The position numbers and the translations under genes are program-made. Under the pieces are notes generated by a model. It worked only from the letters and a program-made list of their open reading frames with translations. It was not told the origin of the DNA and searched no databases. DNA of 64,000 bases. Origin: the human T2T-CHM13v2.0 reference genome, Homo sapiens. The stretch lies in assembly GCF_009914755.1 (NCBI RefSeq), contig NC_060930.1; one strand, given 5' to 3'. Of the stretch, positions 1 to 14,668 are shown in pieces. Every line of letters starts with the position of its first letter. The stretch's first letter is position 1.

Positions 1-223
1 GCCCCTCAACAGGTACCTGGAACAGGTATCATCCTCCCCACTTCCTGCATGATAATAAAATGCTTATCAGGAAACACCGTTTGCTTATTACGTGTCATTG
101 GCACCTTAGCATAGGAGGTCATCTTTCAATAAGTTAACCTAGAGGGAAGGGGAGATGTTGTCTAAGTAGGCCCTGTTTTCGTCCTGCAGTGATGGGTTGT
201 AACGAACTCAATGTTTGTGTTAG

Positions 224-377
224 GTTTGGAGGAGACCAGCCTGTCTACATCAACATCATTAGAGACCCCGTCAACCGGTTCTTATCCAACTATTTTTTCC
301 GTCGCTTTGGAGACTGGAGAGGGGAACAAAATCACATGATCCGCACCCCCAGCATGAGGCAGGAGGAGCGCTACCTG
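224..377 (+). CDS. UST: UST internal coding exon (probably exon 5; 154 nt, phase 2 to 0), carrying the sulfotransferase 3'-phosphate-binding motif IRDPVNRFLSNYFF
   Basis: Acceptor tgtgttag|G at 223/224; donor CTG|gtaagt at 377/378. Translation (R)FGGDQPVYINIIRDPVNRFLSNYFFRRFGDWRGEQNHMIRTPSMRQEERYL recognised as uronyl 2-sulfotransferase. Joins the next exon in frame. Confidence 0.97.
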
Positions 378-1745
378 GTAAGTCCTGTCGCATGCAAAAG
401 GCGGTCTCCCCACTGCCTGAGGAGTGGGCCCTCCACCAGGGAAGGTTCACTCTTCCCTTCCCAGGCCTTCTCCTTGGCGCCTCCATGGAGCGTGGCGCAG
501 AGAGGGTGCTTCCGCAGGAAGGAGGTCTTGGCGAGAGAAACTGGTTCCGGGTGACCCAGATCCTAATGAACATTTCCTCAAATTATTTTCTGATTTTGCT
601 TTGCTCAGTTGTCTTTAGTGCTAGGTTTTGGGACCCAGAGCGTTAACAGTCTTTCCTAAGGAGTCCTGACTAGCACTGTAGTGCTTAAGAAGAACAAAGG
701 TGTTGGGGGGGTGTCTGTTAGAGGGCGGCAGAGCCCCTTCTCATCCCTCAGCCCATTCAGTTCCCATGACCACTCTGGGAGGGGGAGGTGTTTTCAGATG
801 AGGACCCTGAGATTCTAAAGGTTGTGGGATTTGCCACAGTCACCTCTCAGGTAAGGGCGCAACTGCGACCGACTGTTTCGGGTTTCCTGCCTTCACAGTC
901 TGGGTTCTTTCCACCACAGCGCGATAGAACCCTGTCATTGCACCAGTAATTGTTTGCTTTCTCTGGACTTGTTTTGGGACCCTCAGCTCCATAAGGGATG
1001 TTAGTCTCGAGCCCAGTAATTATTTCCGCAGCACAGAGGTTGGTAACAAAAACGGAGGGCGGAGTTGCGCGTCTTTCTTTCAGCACTAGAACGAAAGGTA
1101 CATTTCCCATCCCTGTGTTGAGAAACATGTACTGAGGAGCTGACAGCCTGGTGCCCAGGAGGCTGAAATCCTGGTCTCTGTGTCTGAGAGAGCCCTTGGG
1201 GTTCACCCGGACCCATCCTGGGCTGTTGTCGGGCACAAGCAGGAAAGTAGGAAGTGTTGAGGATCAGTCAGAGGTGTTGTTCCCAAAGCTGGAAGATCGC
1301 CCAGAGCTGAGGCCACTGCTGATGTGCCGTCAGCAGCAGCCTTGCCGCTGGAGAAAAGCACCGAATCTCAGGGCCACGGCCAGGACGGCTGCTTCCTCAT
1401 CTCATTTTAAAAACATAATGGAAGTGGATGTTCAGAGGCTGGGAGCATTTGGGGATGATGTCCCCTCAGTGTCACGTTCATGTTTTCAAATCCATGATTA
1501 GAGTAGAGAAAACTGAGATACAGAGAAGTTAGTGTCTCAGCCAGGGCCAGACGACTACACCAGACCCACGGCTTTCCACTCACCTTCGGTATTTGATCAA
1601 CTACCTAAGGCTTCAGTGAAATATTTTGATGATTTTATTTTTATTTTTATTTTCTTCCTTTGATGATATATTTTAAAAGTGGCTTTTCCCTTTTTTTTTT
1701 TTTTTTTTTTTAGTTTTTATGGCGAAACCCTAATCTATTTCTTTA

Positions 1746-2076
<331 letters not shown>

Positions 2077-2515
2077 TATAGGTTATGAATATGACTATAT
2101 GTTTTTTATTTGGTGAGACGTGTATTCAGAGTATAGAAACACTACAAGAATAATGTCTTCTCTAATTATCTTTATTATTTGTTTTGGATCTTGATTAATA
2201 TATCTATATGCTCTTTAAAAACAGCATACATTCCATTTAATCCAGACAATTTTTTCATAGTTCTGATTCAATCCTCATGCTAAGAAAGTTAGAACCAAAG
2301 GACAGCAGAAAATGCCAAAAAACCAACAATACAGAAACACGTCTTATGAACACTACTCTTCAAATATTAATGTAAGAGTTAAGAGGAATGCTCTAGCTTC
2401 TTCCGTTCTGTCAAGCTTCTGTTGCCATCCTGTAAATCATTTCATATAATGCAGTTTTCACACACTCACACAAATAATAAGCTGCAATCATTAGAGAGAA
2501 AGGTGGCAAATGTGA

Positions 2516-2851
<336 letters not shown>

Positions 2852-5224
2852 TGGTTTGGAGTTTTTTTAAAAAGGTCATAAAATATTGAAAGTTGGTAGT
2901 TGGGGCAAGTGTTATATTTTTGAAGAGCTGGTAACTGCCTTTGTTATGTGACTTGAGAGATTGTAGAGAGATTTCCCTGCCTGGAATTCTGCCCTTAGAA
3001 ATTTGTAGGGGCTCCTTTCCAAATGTAAGCACTGTGTTCGGGAAGGGTCTATGTCAGATGAGGTCATCAGATCGATCCTTGGCAAGGCCCCAGCAGGAAA
3101 GCACTGGGCTCCCCAAAGCAGCACAGCAGAAACTCGGGGGGGCTCAGATTCAAGAGAGGAGAGCCTGGTGGTGGGGGGGAGGGGTGTCCCCTTCATGATC
3201 TGGTTCCAGCCTGACCTGGTTAGAAGGCTGTCTTCTTGTTCAAAGGATAGTTTGTTTATTTGGAAGAAGATGGTCTATTGCCTTTTTTTAATAGCTGAAA
3301 CTTTTAATTCCATCTCCTTGGTCCCATTAGACCCTTGAAATAAAATTGCCCCCTTTCAGAAGAGTCTGTCCTCATTTTGGCAAAGGCTGGGTAGTCAGTT
3401 GTTTGACTCAAAAGAGGGTGTTGTTTGTGTCTCAGCGGGGCGCAGGCAGCTGTGAGGAGCCCACTGTCCCCTCCTTGCCGGCCACCCCTCCCCTCGGAGG
3501 CCCTTCCCTGCACACCGCATGCCCACAGGGTCTTGGTTGCTGGCCTGAAATGAGTCTGCTGATTTACCACGTCATTCCAGATCTCAGTGCTCTAAAGCCC
3601 CTTGCTTTATCCCATTGCCAAAATTCGGGCAGTTCTGCCCCTGGCCCTGAGCCTCACAGAGCTGCTTAGCATACAGCTGGGAGTGGCCAGTGCCTGCCTC
3701 CAAGCCTGCTCTGAGGATGAAATAATATCATCTTGTGAGGCAGGGTGGTTTGGAAGAAAATGGAAAGGGTAAAGGAATCCTAGGATTTGCAGGAACCCCA
3801 AAGAGGATGAGGACTCTCTCATTTTACAGGTGTGGGAACGGGCCTGGGATTCGGGGTGGGGTAAAGTCCCTGCCAGGAGGAGAATCCAGACCTCCTGATT
3901 CCACTTCGGTGCTGTTTGCCCACTCAGACCTTATGTTCCTGAAGGGTAAAGGGAGAAGAGGACTGGGCCGAGTCCCACGCTTTTGAAGCAGAATCATTTG
4001 ATGTAACATCGTCTCTCCATCTTTACAAAGACATCGCTGTTACAGCAATTTGTTTTCAAATATTCAAGCATCTTATAGCTATACCTTATTTTCTGGGAAC
4101 AACTAGCTTTTCTCAAACTTTCTATTTCTTTCCAAACTCTTCTTCCTTTGCATTTCCTGGAAAATCATTTTTAAATAAATTAGTGCTCGCATAGATGCAA
4201 GTTCAACTTCTAGCAGCCATACTGTGAAAAGGCAGTTGTCTTAGGCTCATTTCTTTTTGTCCAGAGCTGGAAGCTCCCCAGTGTGGAGGTGGCTGCCTCC
4301 TTTTTGGGGGTGGGAATCCTCTGAACCCAGGCACACTTGGACACATCCCAGCACCTGAGACTCTAATCCAGCTCATGTCCAGCCTCCTTTATTTCCAGGG
4401 TAGGGAAATACCTGGCACACAGACCATATTTAATGAATGGTGGAAAGCTTTTTCTAATGAAGAGCAACTGTTGTCATCTCCAGATGAGGGAGAGCATCTT
4501 ATTCCTGCTGAAGCCACTCCCTTTTCCAGTCTTGGAGCTTCCATGAAAGTGGATTTCTTATGCTGTCATTTTCACCCTGCTGGTTACACATCAAGTTCTC
4601 AAAAATGTCAAATTGGGCTGCTGCCCTAACCATTATTGCCACTTCACTAGGCCATCCTCCATTTGAAGAATAGGAAGAAAAGGGAGAAAATCTTCCCAGA
4701 GAGAACACTGCCTCTGTGACACTGTTTATTCGGCTTGGCTGTAAAATGTGGAAAGTAATGCATGTTTAAAAGAAAAGATGTGTAATTTACAGCTTCTTAA
4801 TTCATAAAGAATTCAGTGAATCATGTTGGCCCTGTTGGATTCTGGAGAAGTCTGAAAATTGGCCAGAGTCAGCAAAGGTTTTTAGAAAGCTATGCATTTT
4901 AATCTACTTGAAAGTTTTGGACTCTGAATGTCCTTTAACTTTGAAAGTATACATATGAAATACCAGCATGTGGAAATTTCCACTCTGTCCCAACCAGCTG
5001 AGACTGTCCTTTGAGCAAAAGAAACCTCAGGCATTGCCTCTATTTCTAAGGCATTGTTTTTCTTAAATAAATAAAATGAAGAAGGGCTTTGGATTGTCTG
5101 CTTTTTAAGTGTTTCAGTAAATATCTATGTTTTCCAAATACGTGACGGTAAGAAAGTTACGCTCTTGGTCTTCAACTAGTTCAAATTTAGCTTCCAATTG
5201 TAGGCTGAGCCAGGGGCCCAAGAT

Positions 5225-5390
5225 AAGGTGTATTTATATTCCCTTCTCAGCTGCCTTAGCTGGGTGACTTGGATTTAGCCTCTGTGAACCTTGCTTGTCT
5301 CATCTGTACAATGGGACCATATTACCTACTTTGCCTGCATTACAGGGTTGTTGGGAGAGTCTATTGAGCATTCTACACAGAAGTGCTTTG
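5225..5390 (+). mobile_element. MIR fragment
   Basis: ttagctgggtgacttgg...ctctgtgaaccttgcttgtctcatctgtacaatggga...tacctact...cagggttgttgggag resembles the MIR core. Confidence 0.65.
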
Positions 5391-6499
5391 GAAGCTAAAA
5401 CTCTCCAAAACACATTTCAGTATTGATGCTCCCACCCCCTTGGCTCCGTTACTGGCTCCACATGACCTAAAGGGGCCATTTTTCCTCCAGACCTGGAGCT
5501 CCTCTGCTCAGGGAGTCCATAGAGGCTGCTGTTTTCCTGGGGCTCAGGACATACTGGGTCCTGAACCCTCAGGTCTGCTTCTGCTGTGGTCTCAAATTGC
5601 CTCACTAGATTCCTTCCCCCGGGAACCTGTTTCTAAGGAAACTACTTCTCTTTGTGTTCCCAACAGCTGGAGATGTGTTTTGATCCCAGCCCGCTGGCAT
5701 ACATTTGTCTTGTGTTTATTTACTTGGAAACCTAAGCTCCTGTAGGCCCTGGGTTGGAAAGTCATATACACGCGCACTCTCCCTCTCCGAGGAGTAACGA
5801 GAAAGGCACGCCAGAGCCGAATGCTCCGCCAGGCTGATGCAAGCCATCCAGGAGCATGGAGGACCAGGAAGCCCCAGCTTCAGAGATACGCTGCGAAATA
5901 CATTTGTCCTGGGTGTATCTAAAGCAGGAGTCACAGGTGATTTTAGGACCAAAGGCCACTTCTGGGGGTTAGCAAGACCTGAGGGTATCCCTGGGAGTTT
6001 CAGGCAAACAGAAAACAAGATGGGTGAAGGAGGGGGCAAGGGAGGAGAGGAGGGACCAACAAAGGGATTTTGGAGCTAGAATAGAATGCTACCCCCTGCC
6101 ACCTGTGCTACCACCAAACGGCAGCCATGTGTGTAGTGTGTAGCAGGTTAGCATGCTTTGCCTCATGTTAGGGTGTCCGCCCTCACAGCCTCTCCTGGCG
6201 TAGGTATGAGCACTCCTCATTCCCCTCTTATGAACCAGGATGGCGATCCCAGAGAGGCTGAGTGGTGGTGAAGATCAAACCACAAATAAGGGGAACTTGC
6301 ATGAGGCTACCTTAGTTACAAGGGGCTTACGAGTCACCCAGGTTACCTCTGTATCAGGAGCCACGGGGCAGGAGAACTGTGGGAATGAAGACAAAAGGAT
6401 TGCAGGCCAGTGAAGGCTAGGAAACGAATGCCAGGCAGAGCCAGGCCCCATGGGAAGCACATGAACCACAGCACAGCTAAGCCACACGGAAACCAGAAG

Positions 6500-6856
6500 T
6501 TGTTGAGACCTAGAGCCACTTCCAGCACCCAAGTGTCAGTGCCCAGGCTGCCCAGGGGTTCTCAGTTCTCTTCAGCCATCTTCAAAGACACCAACGGTGG
6601 GTTGAGCCCCTCTTATGCTTCACACCTCTCCTTCTACCATCTCATTTCTCTAGCCCAGCTGGAAAGGGCTCTCCACTTTTAAGGACTTATGTCATTAGAT
6701 TGGGCTCACCCCGATAATCCGGCATAGTGTCCCCTCTCAAGGTCTGTAACCGTACTCACATTTGCAGAGTCCTTTTTGCCATACAAGGTAACATATTCAC
6801 AGGTCCCAGGGATTAGGATAGGGACACCTTCGACGTCCATTATTTTGCCTACCACA
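6500..6856 (-). mobile_element. MaLR LTR fragment (MLT1-type)
   Basis: ttagattgggctcaccccgataatcc...tttttgccatacaaggtaacatattcacaggtcccagggattagga...ttttgcctaccaca. Confidence 0.75.
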
Positions 6857-7082
6857 GTGTCATCAAGGATAACTTAGCAGGGGGGAGAGGGGACTGTGGA
6901 GGGGACATGGGTGTGACAGGCATTCTGACACTTGGCTATGCCACTTATAAGTGCTCACCACTGTGCATTCTACTATGCAGTGGCACCAAACCATGGCTTT
7001 CCTGGCCCTAGTCTGCAAAACTAAGTGGCCAGTCATACATTTTTTTTTTTCTTCTACTAGTGACTCATCCACCAATCCATCC

Positions 7083-7780
7083 GTCATTCGTTCATTCACT
7101 CAATAAACATTGATTTAGTACTTTCTGTGTAGTAGGAGCTATTGTAGGAACTGGAAATAAAATGTTGAGCTAAAATGGACACTGTCAGTCCTCATGGAGC
7201 TCACAGACTGCCAGGGAGACAGGCATTCATCCCAAAACCATACAGATGTATGTGAAATAGTGGCTGCATCACATCCTACATGTAGGATGTAGGCTGCATC
7301 CTACAATGCAGAGACATGGCGCTGTCCAGGCATTGAATGGGGCAGTTGGCAAGTCTGGAAGTCAGAGAAGTGTTGGTTGAGCTATATCTGAAGGGAAAGA
7401 GGAGAAGGAAGAACACCCAGGCATAGGGCACATACAAAGCCCTGTGGCAGAAGGGAACACAGCACGGAGGAAGAACCAGGGAAGCTGCAGCAGGGCGAGC
7501 TGAGGAAGAAAGGAAAGAGCTGGGTGCAGTGATGTGGGCAGGCAGGTGGTGGGCCCCACAGAGCCTCCCAGACCATCTTAAAGATCCCTGGGGAGGCACT
7601 AAAGGACTTAAAGCAAAAGAGGCATGTTTACAGGACATCCTGAATCTTTTACATTTTGTGGGAGGAATCACTTTGGCTACAACATACAGAGTACAGAAGG
7701 GCTTCAAGTCGATGTGGATAGACCAGCTAGATAGATCAGAGGCTACTGCAGTGATCCAAGTGCAAGATAAACCAAGGAGG
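7083..7780 (-). mobile_element. L2 3' fragment
   Basis: tcattcgttcattcactcaataaacatt (reverse-complemented L2 tail) followed by diverged L2 3' sequence. Confidence 0.7.
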
Positions 7781-8480
7781 AAGTTTTTATGGGACATCAA
7801 CCATGTGCAAAGAGCAGCTCCAGGTGGGGTCAGGGGCAGCAATGAGGGAGCAATTACAAAGACATTGAAGACTCATTGCTGTGCTTCCAGTTGCTTGCCG
7901 CCTAGTTAGCAACAGAAGACCCAAACTTGAAAAGCTTAATACCAAGAAGGAGATATTAATAATAGCTCAGTGCAGCCATATAGGACTTGTCATTGGCTGG
8001 GATGTGTTAAATTAGCAATCTGAAAATTGCGGGGAGGAACGAAATCAGCAAGAGTTGGGGTTGTTGGGAGCGGCTTCCCAGAAAAGGAGAGGCGGACAGA
8101 GGAGAGGTGGGTGCTGTCTTTAGGGGTAGAAGAAGATGCAGCAGAAGTAAGGCTCTGGGGACAGCAGGAGGGGACTGTTCCAAGTGAAGTGACACTTTAG
8201 AAAGTGTGTAAAAGCCTGAGAGCAAGAGGCTCACTCTGGTGAACCGCCTATTTGGCAGGAGCGGAGGGCTTAGGGAGGTGAGGAGCTTGGGTACAGTAAA
8301 GTGTTTCTCCAGATGTCCCAGTTGTGGGGGAAGCAACGCTGCTCTGATGGCTGCCAAGGCAGGTTTGCCTGACCTGCTGTCTCCATGCAAGGTCCCATCA
8401 GGAGCACGCACCGCAAGGGCCGCCAGAGCACAGCCAGGTGCATCCGCCGGCCACCTGTCAGCTGAGCTCATCTGCTGTGA

Positions 8481-8505
8481 GCCCCGCCCCTCGCTGTGAG
8501 TCAGC
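8481..8505 (+). promoter_or_regulatory. GC-box (GCCCCGCCCC) plus AP-1/ARE (GTGAGTCAGC) in a CpG-enriched patch; candidate enhancer
   Basis: Motifs read directly at 8481-8490 and 8496-8505; many CpGs between 8330 and 8570. Confidence 0.45.
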
Positions 8506-8584
8506 GGAGCTGCTGCAGCTGTGTCCCGCCGCTGGCGCTCAGCGCTGCACCCCTACTGGGGCAGGTGGCTAACATTTATTAAGG

Positions 8585-8757
8585 CGGTGGTTCTCAGCCT
8601 TGGCCACTTGTGGAGGCTTTAAAAACTACTGATTCCTGGGTCCCACACCCGAAAGTTCTGGTTTAATAGGTCTAGGGTGCAGCCTGGGCTTTGGGATTTT
8701 TTTTTTTTTTAAGCTTCAGAAGTGAGGCCAACGTGTAGCTGAGGTTGAGAACTACTG
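8585..8757. mobile_element. MER5A-like hAT-Charlie MITE
   Basis: Ends cggtggttctca...tgagaactactg (terminal inverted repeats); internal MER5A-like sequence. Confidence 0.8.
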
Positions 8758-11494
8758 AGGAATTAACAACGTATCCGTTCCTGACTGTATTAGCAGGAGC
8801 TGTTTTCACTGAGAGAAGCACCCCCTGAATGCCTTATGGAAGCTTACCTTCTTATCCTCTGCCCATTTGGAAAAACCTGCATTTGCCTTCTTCCCCTTAG
8901 ACATTTTTATTTGTTAGGCTTTTCATTGGCATATGCAAATAAATGTCATTAAAGAGGTTTGATGATATAGTGCAATATTATGTGTTGTATTTATGAATAT
9001 TCTATAAATGTCTTAAGTCAGACTTTCTTCTAAAGTTGAAGTAAATAATATTTCTTATCCAGAAACCAAGGTGTGCATTATAGTATACATTTCAGATCTC
9101 ACTTTAGGAAGCCATGCTTTAAACAGTAAAACAGAATGAGCACTTTGATGAATAAAATATTTTAGCATCTGGACATCTTTTTATTTAGGTTGACGAGGCA
9201 CTTGGAGTCCATTGCCATCTCTTCAAAGAGACATGTGACATTCTTTAAATGCAGGCCAATTCATACAAAGACATGTAAATGCTAAATTAAAAGATGTGGG
9301 TGAGTAGAACTACATTTTAAATGCAGTCAGGAAATGTTCTCTGAATGCAGTCAGAGGTCTTGCTATTGAAAGAAGCGATGGGATGAAGTTTTATATAAAG
9401 TAAAAAACTAATGGCTCCATTTAACTTTGTTAACATTTTGAATTTTATACCCCACACTTATTTTTGCAGAAGTTGGCATGCCTCTATAGTTGTCCTCAAT
9501 TGCTTTGCCATTTGTAATATTTTTTTCCCTACCCAGCTGTTTTACATACACAGTATAAATTCCCCAAAGGCTGAATGATCTCCAAACGTGTTCTTCAAAA
9601 TATTTTGCAAAGTCTGAAGACAGGAAAAGTAAGTGTAAAACATCTAAGAGATTTGTTGGAATCTCAGCTTGAATTCTAATTGCGAGTACTTATGAAAATG
9701 TCAATATTAACATGAAATAGCTGGCAGTTTTTCTAATAAATGTAAATTGAATTAGATAGTGTGTAATTGGAAAAATACTTGCTTCACTCAGGCTTCTCAA
9801 AACAAGACTCAGGATTTGTTAGCTGCGGCAGCCTTGCCCTCTAATGGCTGGAAGTTGAAGGACAGGACTAAAATACTTTTGACTATAAGGAGGATGGAAA
9901 CTAAGAAGAGGGAATGTCTGACCATTTGTCACCATATTGAGGGCTTCTTCCCAAAGCATGGGGCATGATGTCGATGTTAGCATGAGCTTATTATTAAAAG
10001 GAGGTGGGTAGGTGGGGAGCCAAGGCCATGCTAAGTATCTTGGAGCTTCAGAATAAGCTTGGATAGAAACAGGTATTATAGATGCCTAATCTCCTGAAAT
10101 GCAGTTGAAAGTTCAAACTTGCCTTATAATATTAAAAAAAAAAATACCCGAACAAGTTATACAATAAATAATCTAGCCTGGACATTGTGATGGTCTGGTT
10201 TATAGTCATTGAGATTTGCTAAGCACATGTAACAAACAACGTTTGTTCCCTTTTCTGATTGACCAATGAGTGTTTCAGACAGAGTAGAAATGATACCAGT
10301 AGAAGTGGTTTGGCAGAAATTTCATAAGAAGTTTGATTTCATCCCATGTTCTTTCTGGGAAAGCAGCCAGGAATAAATGGAACAGGTGGGGTCTTAACTG
10401 GCTACAAAATCACACAGCCTCTAGAACAAACCGCTTTTTCTCTGATCCTAAACCCATGCAGATATTCACAGTTGAATGAAAGAATTTTAACCAAAGCTTA
10501 CTCAATTTCATGACAAGCAAAGCTTTTAAAACACCGATCTGCAAGAAGCCCCAGCCGCCTAATGGGTAAGGCATTGGCTCCTAAAAAATGGCTCTGCATT
10601 TCATATTACAAAGTAAAAACACAATGGAATTGTATCAACATTCAGCTAAAAGTTTGCATATGCATCTCCCTTTGCATTAGAGGTGAAATAACACTGGTTT
10701 GACTTTTATAGTAAGACTGCTGTCCCGTTACCCTCTGCAGAGCATTATTCACTCACTTCCGGGTTTTGTAATTAACCACTTGGATAAGACTTGTAGAAAG
10801 AGTCAGCAGATGTATAAGACAAAGTTATCAAGTTCAACAACTAAAAAGGAAACTTTGATGATAAATGTCAGGTATAATCGATGGCATTCTATGTCTTATC
10901 ACTATTAATAAAAACCCTGTGAGATTAAGACAAGGGTCCTAAACCAAGGCAATAAAATTAGCCGAGACCAGTCTTGATGACCGCTCATCTTTATTTCTCT
11001 TGGTAACTATTACTCAGGTATTTCTTTTTTACATTCTCATACATTGCTTTTTAAACCCTTCAAATTATTTCATGTCTGTAAGTCTTATGTTTTGAACTAA
11101 AATGTAACTTGATAATAGAATATCATCTTGTCTCTCAGTACCTGTCACAGCTCCCTGTTAAACACCCAATAACAGATGCGAGGATGTGTGGAGCTCCAAC
11201 GATGTTTGCCTCTTTTCCCTACTTGCACGTGCAATTTCAACATATTCTGAACACCTGTAATGTGCCAGATACTGTCAACCTGTCTCCAGTTCATCTTCTT
11301 CCAATCCATGATCAAAGTGTCCAGTGTGTATCTGACTTTGTCATTGTCTTGCTTAAAACACTCCTATGTCTTTCTGATCTTTAAATGTAATATTAGCTAT
11401 CATCATTATAATAATAATATTATTATTTGATCAAAGAGCCTCACAACTGCATGTGAATTTACAGTTATCTCAATAAAATTTCAGTTAGAAAAAA

Positions 11495-12040
11495 AGCATC
11501 ATGCACCAATAGAGAAAAGATAGGTTTATGAATAAATAGTGTAGGAAAAATTAGACCGTTAAGGAACCCAACATACATCAAATAAATTCAGATGGATTAA
11601 AAAGGTAAAATGTGAGAAATCAGAAGGATGTGTATCTGAGCCACGGAGGCTGTGAGTTGTCTATCCTGTGGAAGGAGACATGACTGAGCTAGAGGATGGC
11701 AAAGCATATAGGCAATGGAAGAAATCACAAAAGAAATGAATTTTAGATTTGTCTTTAGATAATTTAACAGTTTATTTCACAAAAAGGCATTATAGGCAAC
11801 ATTAACAGGCAAATCGAATGGAGACAATATTTACAAATATGACAAAGAATTTATTCTTAAAGATATTAAGATATAAGAAGTCTTATAAATCAGTAAAAAA
11901 AAGACTAATTCCCCATTGAAAAATTACAAGTAAAATTCCGGATAATCTAAAAAATGCTCAGCCTCATCTATAATTTTTGAACTGCAAATTAAAGCAATAT
12001 GTCACTTTTAAGGTATTAAACTGGCAGAGACTTCAGAAAT
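11495..12040 (+). mobile_element. Old L1 (L1M) ORF2/3' fragment
   Basis: aaataaattcagatggattaaa...caaatcgaatggagacaatatttacaaatatgacaaag...aaaatgctcagcctcat...gcaaattaaagcaat. Confidence 0.6.
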
Positions 12041-12046
12041 TATAAG

Positions 12047-12243
12047 TAGTGGTATGCTCATAAATGTTTAATAACCACCTCTGGCGGGGGTGGGGGGTTG
12101 TTTTGTAACTTTGCCAATTTCTGTGGTGTCAATACTTCTCACCATGGTGATTTCAAACTACGAACATGACATCACTGAATACAGCAGAGTTAAGAGATGG
12201 GCATTTGCCTCTTATAAGCTGTTACTATCTGGCTCCAGCACAT
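12047..12243. mobile_element. hAT-Tip100-like DNA transposon relic
   Basis: agtggtatgctcataaatgtttaataacc...ggctccagcaca resembles the CAGTGGTGTGCTGG-type terminal repeats. Confidence 0.45.
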
Positions 12244-12329
12244 TTCCAATTCATACTCTGCTGTCAAGGGTACATCAGAATGGACATGTCCATGTATTTC
12301 TGGTATCAGGATTCCGGGAGCGTGGTCCA

Positions 12330-14080
<1,751 letters not shown>

Positions 14081-14085
14081 AAAAT

Positions 14086-14668
14086 GACCCAGCAATCCCA
14101 TTACTGGGTATATACCCAAAGGATTATACATCACATACATTTTATAGTATATAGTCTTTACATAGGCTGTAAAGACACATGCACATGTGTGTTTATTGCA
14201 GCATTGTTTATAATAGCAAAGACTTGGAACTAACCCAAATGCCCATCAGTGACAGACTAGATAAAGAAAATGTGGCACATATATACCGTGGAATACTATG
14301 CAGCCATAAAAAAGAATGAGTTCATGTCCTTTGCAGGGACATGGATGAAGCTGGAAACCATCATCCTCAGCAAACTAACACAAGAACAGAAAACCAAACA
14401 CCGCATGTTCTCACTCATAAGTGGGAGTTGAACAATGAGAACACATGGACACAGGGAGGGGAACATCACACACCGGGGCCTGTCAGGGGTTGGGGGGAAA
14501 GGGGAGGGAGAGCATTAGGACAAATACCTAATACATGCGGGGCTTAAAACCTAGATGACAGGTTGATAGTTGCAGCAAACCACCATGGGACGTGTATACC
14601 TGTGTAACAAACCTGCACGTTCAGCATATGTATTCCAGAACTTAAGGTAAAAATTTTTTTAAAAAAAA
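14086..14668 (+). mobile_element. L1PA (roughly PA7-8) 3' end, 5'-truncated
   Basis: gacccagcaatcccattactgggtatatacccaaagga...ggaatactatgcagccataaaaaag...G-rich 3'UTR...A tail. Confidence 0.92.

Noticed and set aside
189-554. 121-aa ORF as a standalone protein
   Set aside because: Only 224-377 is coding; the rest is intron read-through past canonical splice sites.
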